Of a stretch of 43,590 bases of DNA, positions 37,513 to 43,590 are shown in pieces; position 1 is the stretch's first letter; the number at the start of each line of letters is the position of its first letter. Location of the stretch: assembly GCA_016218805.1 (NCBI GenBank), contig JACRCW010000117.1, forward strand, positions 1 through 43,590. The letters run 5' to 3'. Below the pieces are notes generated by a model. That model was not told the DNA's origin, did no database searches, and saw only the letters and a list, made by a program, of their open reading frames with translations. The position numbers and the translations under genes were made by a program. The DNA comes from Deltaproteobacteria bacterium (GTDB lineage Bacteria; Myxococcota; JACRCW01).

Positions 37513-39281
37513 ATGCGCGCAGTGGTGTTGTGGATGTGCCTGGTGCTGGCCTGCTGCGCAGGGCGGGGCGGACCGGAGTGCAGCGCGGACGGGGACTGCG
37601 CTGACGGTTTCTGTGACGAGCAGACCTGCGTCCCCGGTGCAGCGACAACGGTGACTGCGGGGGCGGCCGCGTCTGCGCCGCGCTGGCCCGCGGTGAGCTG
37701 CTCTGGGCGTACTGCGTGCCGGCCCGCCCAGGGGGGCGCGCCGTTGGGGATCTCTGCGGTGGCTCGTTGGATTGTGCGCACGGCGCCTGCGTGGACCACG
37801 TCTGCAGGGCGCTGTGCGTCGAAGGAGGAGCGTGCGCGGACGGCGCACCGTGCTCGGGCCGGATGCTCTACGAGGGCGGCGCCGCAGGGGCGACGGGGTT
37901 GTGCCTGTGGGAAGTGCAGGGACGCGGTCAGCTCGACCTTGGCGCGGTGACGACGTCTGCGGCAGGTTCGGAGGACATCGCGTTTGAGGTTCCGGCGGGA
38001 ACCGGATCGTTCACTGTGGTGCTGGAGGACGACGACGGGCTGCGCTTGGGCGCGCGGCGCCTGGTGGCCCCCGATGGCACCGTGGTGCTCAATGCCGACG
38101 ACGAAGCGTCCGACCTGAACCCGGGCACCGTGTATGTCGGCGTGGCCAGCGTGCTGGTCCCGTCAGGCGATGACCCGCGCGCCGGGGCGATCCCCGGCCG
38201 GTGGACCCTGCGCGTTGCCACCTACGCGCTGGATGACACGCTGGGCGTTACGCCCATCCCCGGAAACGTGGAGCGCATCCGCGTGTTGACGGAACCCGTC
38301 GGCGTTGAAGGTGGCGCCGTGGACCTGCACCTGTCCTTCTCGCCCGCGCTGGGCGTTTCCTTCACCGCCCCGTCCGCCGACGCATGGGTGACCGCGCTGT
38401 TGGGGCGCGTGGCGGCGTACCTTGAGCGCGCGCACCTGGTGCTGGGTACCGTCACGTTTGCCCACCTGGGCGGCCACGACGAGGTTCCTGACGGAAACGC
38501 GGCGCGCGCGCTGTGCACGGCGGCCTCGAGCACCGGGCTGGCAGGGCGGTCGGTGAACCTGTTCCTCGTGCAGGACCTCGCGTTCACGTCGGGTTTTTCG
38601 GGCGGCATCCCCGGACCGCCGGAGACGTGGCAGTCACCCGGCAGCGGGATTGTATTGGAATCCATGGGAAGCGGTGATGCCACCGGAATCCTCGCCGCGC
38701 ACGAGCTGTTTCACTTCATGGGCCTCCGCCACACCACGGAGCTCTCTGGTGGCGGGCGTGACCCGCTGTCTGACACGCCCGAATGCCCGCGCGGCACGTC
38801 GCTGGAGAGCTGTCCGGACTACGGCAACCTGATGTTCCCTTCATTCCCCCTCCGAGGCGATCTTGATGTCAGCGCGGCACAGACCGCCGTGCTGTGGCAT
38901 TCACCGTGGGCGCACCGCGTGGTGCGCGGCGCCTGCGGTGGCGGCATGCTCTTTGACGTCACCGGGCCTGACCGCGCCATCCTGGAGGTGGCGTCACTTC
39001 CAGCCGGACCAGCGGGTTGCGGCGCGCAGGCCGGGGGGCTGGTCTTCCGCCCACCCACGCAGGAGGCCCTGAGCATTTCGGTGCGCACGGACGCGGACCT
39101 CACGTTGGCCGTTGGGACGGCGTGCGGGGATGCATCAGCCGGATGCGTGGAGGTAGCCGCGGGAACAGCACGCGTGCTGGAGGTGCCTGCGCCGGTCACC
39201 GGACCCGTGTTCGTTGCGCTTCACCGGGCGTCGTCGTCGGAGGGCGGCTGGGTGGACGTGCGTTTCACCCGTGCACCGTGA
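37513..39281 (+). pseudogene. Cys-rich lipoprotein with metzincin (M43-like) peptidase domain, split by a 1-bp frameshift
   Basis: GGAGG RBS and a lipoprotein signal start at 37513. The Cys repeats continue in another frame from 37638, leading to HELFHFMGLRH, SDTP and the NLMF Met-turn. Confidence 0.8.
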
Positions 39282-39282
39282 G

Positions 39283-39822
39283 TCACCACCACAGGCGCCA
39301 GAGCAGCCCCACCGTCGTGGTGTAACCCACCACGGAGTTCTTGATGCGCCCTTCCTCGTCAAGGAAATACACCGTGGGGTACTGCTCAACCCGGAAGCGC
39401 GCGGCCACATCGTCACCGCCAAGGATCACGGGGGAGGCCATCGCGCGGTCGTCCACGTAGCGCTGCACCTCGCGCGTGTCCCGGTAGGCCGAAGCGACCG
39501 TGAGGACGCGCGCGCGATCACCGACGAGGTCCCGCGTCCACTCAATGTTGGGCGCCTCCTGCTTGCACACCACGCACCACGGTGCCCAGAACGCCAGCAT
39601 CACGGGGCGTCCCCGCAGCGACGTCAGTGTCACCTGGCCACCATCCAGCGTGGGGGCGGAGAACGCCGGCGCATCTCCGCGCACATGGCTGCGCGTCTGC
39701 CATGCGCTGACCGCCGCCACAAACACGGTGATCCACACCAGGTCCACGCCCCACCGGACGTACCAGTGGGCGCGGCCAGCGGCCTGGATGCGGGTCCTGA
39801 GGCGGGCCAAGGGTGCGAACAT
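39283..39822 (-). CDS. TlpA/ResA-like thiol-disulfide oxidoreductase
   Basis: N-terminal TM; APAF, FWAPWCVVCK and YPTVYFLDEEGRI motifs. Confidence 0.9.
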   Translation of the reverse strand: MFAPLARLRTRIQAAGRAHWYVRWGVDLVWITVFVAAVSAWQTRSHVRGDAPAFSAPTLDGGQVTLTSLRGRPVMLAFWAPWCVVCKQEAPNIEWTRDLVGDRARVLTVASAYRDTREVQRYVDDRAMASPVILGGDDVAARFRVEQYPTVYFLDEEGRIKNSVVGYTTTVGLLWRLWW

Positions 39823-39918
39823 GCAGCGTGGGAGCCTGCGACGTGCGCCGGGGATTCGCCAGGGGATCAGGGGGCGCGTTTGTGGGGCGGGGAGGGTGCG
39901 CGCTGCTAGGATGCGGGC

Positions 39919-40269
39919 GTGACCGGCCCGAGGGAAAACCCGTTCTACCTGCTGGAGCTCCCGCCGGAGTGCACGCGCGCGGACGTGGAACGCCAGGGCC
40001 AGAAGCTGCTGGGCATGTTGGAACTGGGTCTGCCGGGTGCGGCAACGCATCCCACGCCCGCGGGAGCGCGCCCGCGTGACGCCGATGGTGTGCGCTGGGC
40101 CATGGCCGAGTTGCGGGACCCGGCGCGCCGCCTGGCGCATGAGGCAACCGCGCAGCTCCCCGCGCGGATGGACCCCGGATCCACGACGACACCGCCGTCT
40201 GGTGAACCGCGCGGGCCGGCCGGCGTCCCGGGGTTGCTGATGGCCGCGGGCTGGGGGAGGGCGCCATGA
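39919..40269 (+). CDS. Small hypothetical protein with a J-domain-like outline
   Basis: NPFYLLEL....TRADV...A...LRDP.RR pattern with no HPD; overlaps the next gene by 4 nt. Confidence 0.7.
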   Translation: MTGPRENPFYLLELPPECTRADVERQGQKLLGMLELGLPGAATHPTPAGARPRDADGVRWAMAELRDPARRLAHEATAQLPARMDPGSTTTPPSGEPRGPAGVPGLLMAAGWGRAP

Positions 40270-41738
40270 TGCCGTGGGGCGCGATTGCGGGCGCCGTGGC
40301 CGCCATGACGTTGAACAAGCGCGAAGGCCAGTCCCGCCTGCCCGCGCATGCCGCGGTGATGTGGTTGGCGTGCGTAGCCGGCTTCATCGCTGCCGGACGT
40401 TGGCCATCGCTCCCGTCGCTGGTGGGCAGCTTGACTGGCCTGGCGGTGTGCCTGGTGCCGTGGTGGTTTGCGCGCCGCGTGTGCGTGCCGCTGGGGTGGC
40501 ACCGCGCGGCCTGGTACCTGGCCTCCGCTGACGACATCACGTGGACGCGGGATCACTGCGGTGCGGGCGCGCTGGCGGCGGCGTGGGCGGTGCTGCACCA
40601 ACGCGGTGACCGGGCGCGCGCCCTGGGCTGGGTGCGGGACCGCCTGGCGCGCGAATCTCCGCTGCGCGGCGCGGGCGTGGTTGCACTGGGATTGCTGGAG
40701 GCGGCGCAGGGACGCCGTGACCAGGCGCGGGCGTGGTTGACGGACGCGGACGCCACGCATGAGCTCGCCACGCCCGCTGCGGCGCGGCGCCTGGCGGCGG
40801 AGTGGCGCGCGCTGGACGCTGCCGAGCGCGGGGACTGGGACGCCGTGGTGGAACTGGGCCGGTCAGCAAGTCCGCGCACGGCGCTCACGCGGTGGCTCGG
40901 TCACGTCGGGGAGCGGCTGCAGGGCGCGTCGTTGGAGCGGCGCTGGAGCATGGCGGCGTGGTGGTTGCTTGCAGGCCGGTGGCGCGTGACGTGGCCGCTC
41001 ATGCGGCGCGCGTGGGCACCGGCCGCGGTGGCGGAGGCGGTGGTAGCTCCCGTGGCAGCGTTCCGTCCGCCGGAAGACGTGGCCGCGCGCACGCGCGTCC
41101 CGTTGCTGGCGCTGGCGCAGGCGCGCCTGGATTGGGTCAGCGCGCGCGCGGCAGCGTCCGGTGACGACGTGGCGGCGGCGGCGGCGGCGTGGGATTCGGC
41201 GCTGGCACACCCGGATGTGAAGGCCTGGATGCACCAGCGCGCCGCGCTGCTGGGTGTCACGGATCTGCCCGGCGCGCGCGCCGCGCTGGAGGATGACGTT
41301 GTGGAACGGCTGTTGGCGTTGGCGCGGGGCGGGAGCGCCCGGTTGCCGGAAGCCGCTGAGGGTGCGGGCACGGTGGCCACGCGTGTCACGTGGGAGGCGC
41401 GGCACGCGCTGTTGGAGGAGGTGGAACTGGCCTGCGAGGCGTTCCGGACGCGCGCAGAGGTACGGGCCGCGCTGCCGTCTCCCGACGAGTGGGCCGCGTG
41501 GTTGGGGCTGCGCGACGCCGTGGATGCGGCCATGCGGCGCGGTGGACCGGGGTTCCGGCGCCTGGCGTTCCGGGCGGTCAACCAGTCCCTGACGCCGTGG
41601 GCGGTGTGGCTGTGGAATGAGCGCAAGGAGCGCCCGCTGGCCCACGAAGCGTTCCGCTGGATGGCCACGCAGGCGAGCGACGCGGGCGACGAGTCCGCCC
41701 AGGCGCTGCACGAGAAGAACGCGGCCTGCGGAATCTGA
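40266..41738 (+). CDS. Hypothetical membrane protein with helical/TPR-like repeats
   Basis: Two or three N-terminal TM segments followed by an Ala/Arg/Trp-rich helical region; GGAGG RBS. Confidence 0.75.
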   Translation: MMPWGAIAGAVAAMTLNKREGQSRLPAHAAVMWLACVAGFIAAGRWPSLPSLVGSLTGLAVCLVPWWFARRVCVPLGWHRAAWYLASADDITWTRDHCGAGALAAAWAVLHQRGDRARALGWVRDRLARESPLRGAGVVALGLLEAAQGRRDQARAWLTDADATHELATPAAARRLAAEWRALDAAERGDWDAVVELGRSASPRTALTRWLGHVGERLQGASLERRWSMAAWWLLAGRWRVTWPLMRRAWAPAAVAEAVVAPVAAFRPPEDVAARTRVPLLALAQARLDWVSARAAASGDDVAAAAAAWDSALAHPDVKAWMHQRAALLGVTDLPGARAALEDDVVERLLALARGGSARLPEAAEGAGTVATRVTWEARHALLEEVELACEAFRTRAEVRAALPSPDEWAAWLGLRDAVDAAMRRGGPGFRRLAFRAVNQSLTPWAVWLWNERKERPLAHEAFRWMATQASDAGDESAQALHEKNAACGI

Positions 41739-41745
41739 GGCGCGG

Positions 41746-42639
41746 TCAGTTCTTCCCGCGGAAGGTGAGTTCCAGGCCGTCCCGCGCCTTGGCCGTGGCG
41801 TCGCCGGCGGGGGGCGCGGGGAACGGCGCCACCGCGTCCAGCGCTTTCACAAATGCGCGGTCAAACGCCGGGTTTCCGCTGGGGCGTGACACCACGCGGG
41901 ACTGCACCGCGCCCCGGTCGTCAATCATCACCTTGATGGTCAGGCGCATCACCTTCAGTTGGCTGTCCGGGATGTCCTCCGGAACGGTTGCCTTGGCGCG
42001 CACCAGGCCCTCCAGTTTCTTCTGGTAGGCAGCCACCGGCGAGGCACCGTCGGCGGGGGCCGCGGCCTCCACCGGCGCGGGGAGAATGTCCCCAAAGGTC
42101 TTCTCTATCGTGGTGGCGGAGAAGTTCCCGGTGCCCTCCTTGCGGTCCAGGATCCACCAGCGCGCCTCCTTCCCACCCAAGGAGACCTTGCCCAGCAGCC
42201 ACTCGGCGTCCTTGCCCTCGTCGTGGCCCTTCTCCTCAATCATGAAGTGGTCCTCGCGGGTGGTTGCCACCGCGGTGCCGCGCGCGCCGGGTTCCAGCGC
42301 GGTGATCTCCCACTTCTCAATCTTCCACTCCTTCACGTGGGTCCAGAAGGACAGGTTGTGATCGTCACGCTTGGTGCGCTTCTGCCGCTCCTCCATCAGC
42401 TTGAGGGTGAACGGGTGGATGCGCGCCTTGAGATCTTTCCACTTGGCCTTCTCCACCAGGCCAATCGTCTCGGACAGGAACTGCCGTGCGCCGGCCACCG
42501 CGGTGTCATCCGCCGGTGCGGATGCGGGGCTGTCCGGCTCCGCGGGAGCCTCCGTGTCCGCGGTGCGGTCTTGCTGGGCCAGGGCGAGTGACGACGACAA
42601 CGCGACCGCAATTCCTACCCGGAGCGTGGTGATGCGCAT
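41746..42639 (-). CDS. Secreted protein with C-terminal TonB/TolA-like domain
   Basis: Signal peptide ending in ALA; C-terminal IDDRGAV....V.RPSGNPAFDRA..KAL....PFPAPP...LTF. Confidence 0.85.
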   Translation of the reverse strand: MRITTLRVGIAVALSSSLALAQQDRTADTEAPAEPDSPASAPADDTAVAGARQFLSETIGLVEKAKWKDLKARIHPFTLKLMEERQKRTKRDDHNLSFWTHVKEWKIEKWEITALEPGARGTAVATTREDHFMIEEKGHDEGKDAEWLLGKVSLGGKEARWWILDRKEGTGNFSATTIEKTFGDILPAPVEAAAPADGASPVAAYQKKLEGLVRAKATVPEDIPDSQLKVMRLTIKVMIDDRGAVQSRVVSRPSGNPAFDRAFVKALDAVAPFPAPPAGDATAKARDGLELTFRGKN

Positions 42640-42707
42640 GGGGAAACCTCCGATGGTGGACGGCCGCGCTCCTACCGCATTCCGGCGGCGCGGGCTACAA
42701 GCCCCGC

Positions 42708-43514
42708 GTGCTCCCCTCCATCAACCTCGGCGGTACCCACGTCTCCACGTTCATCATTGTGATGATCGTGGCCTACGGCGTGGCGTTCCTGTGGGGCGTG
42801 CGCCGCGGCGTGGACGCGGGGCTGGACCGGCAGGACGTGTTTGACGGCGTCATCATCGGCTGCATCACCGCGGTGTTTGGCGCCAAGCTGGGCCACCTGG
42901 TGTTTGAAAGCGCGGGCCACCGCTTGCCGGATGGCTCGGTGTCCACGGGCATGGTGGACCTGCTGCGCGCAGACCCCTGGCACTGGGCCCGCATCGAAGA
43001 CCCGGGCTACGTCTGGTACGGCGGCGCGCTCGCCATGGTCCCGGTGGCGCTGTGGTTCACGCGCTCGCGCGGACTGGACCGCTACGTCGTGGCGGATGCC
43101 GGTGCGCCGTTGCTGGGGTTTGTCGTCGGGTTTGGGCGCCTGGGCTGCTTCCTGGGCGGGTGCTGTTACGGTGTGCCCACGGATGTGCCCTGGGGCATCA
43201 CGTTCCCCGCGGCGTCCGGCGCGGGGCCGCACGCCGTGCACCCCACGCAGCTGTATGAGAGCGCGTTCGGGTTCGCGCTGCTGGCGTTCCTGCACTGGTA
43301 TGAACCGCGCCGGAAGGTCCGCGGCGAACTGCTGGCCATCGGCGCGGTGGGCTACGCCGCGGCGCGCTTCACCATTGAGTTCTGGCGCGGCGACGCGGAG
43401 CGCGGTGTGCACGCGGGCTGGGGCACGTCCCAGATTGTGAGCGTGCCGGTGTTCCTCATTGCGCTGGGCGTGTGGGCGTGGTTGCGCAAGAACGCGCCGC
43501 GCGTGAACGCGTAA
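42708..43514 (+). CDS. lgt: Prolipoprotein diacylglyceryl transferase
   Basis: GAKL, WYGG, GRLGCFLGGCCYG, HPTQLYE, RFTIEFWRGD and TSQ motifs. Confidence 0.9.
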   Translation: MLPSINLGGTHVSTFIIVMIVAYGVAFLWGVRRGVDAGLDRQDVFDGVIIGCITAVFGAKLGHLVFESAGHRLPDGSVSTGMVDLLRADPWHWARIEDPGYVWYGGALAMVPVALWFTRSRGLDRYVVADAGAPLLGFVVGFGRLGCFLGGCCYGVPTDVPWGITFPAASGAGPHAVHPTQLYESAFGFALLAFLHWYEPRRKVRGELLAIGAVGYAAARFTIEFWRGDAERGVHAGWGTSQIVSVPVFLIALGVWAWLRKNAPRVNA

Positions 43515-43525
43515 GAAAGACAATC

Positions 43526-43549
43526 ACTCCCCCCGCTTGCGGGGGGAGT
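43526..43549. repeat. Perfect hairpin after lgt (REP-like or terminator)
   Basis: ACTCCCCCCGC-TT-GCGGGGGGAGT. Confidence 0.6.
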
Positions 43550-43590
43550 CGGGGGGGCCCCGCGGGGGGGGGCCGGGGGGGGGGGGGGGA

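Noticed and set aside
43550..43590. G-rich tract as a G-quadruplex element
   Set aside because: Poly-G at the sequence end is a common sequencing or contig-end artefact and cannot be evaluated here.

Overview
GC-rich bacterial DNA whose gene content points to a myxobacterium-like organism (inference). From left to right: the end of an aglQS-like ExbD pair plus a second complete ExbB/ExbD/ExbD motor triad; rpsO-pnp; CysQ-like phosphatase and deoxynucleoside kinase; Zn-dehydrogenase and miaA; a 746-aa orphan with a caspase/gingipain-like His-Cys signature; an FG-GAP protein; a YkgJ-like protein; a MacAB-like ABC exporter; and a P-type ATPase. A compositionally foreign, partly decayed island follows at about 21.4-27.7 kb, carrying an FkbM pseudogene, a membrane-protein remnant, an SDR, an IS4-end MITE, an AmpG-like MFS and an adenylate cyclase. 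Next come a Ser/Cys-rich lipoprotein, sthA, and a Zn/Mn uptake cluster (ABC transporter, outer-membrane barrel, Cys/His lipoprotein) with a REP-bounded 42-bp tandem array between a candidate metal-regulator box and the barrel gene. The window ends with a frameshifted metzincin lipoprotein, a TlpA-like thioredoxin, a J-like/membrane protein pair, a TonB-C fusion and lgt. I saw no CRISPR array, tRNA, rRNA or intact transposase. Family assignments come from motif recognition and recall, not database searches.
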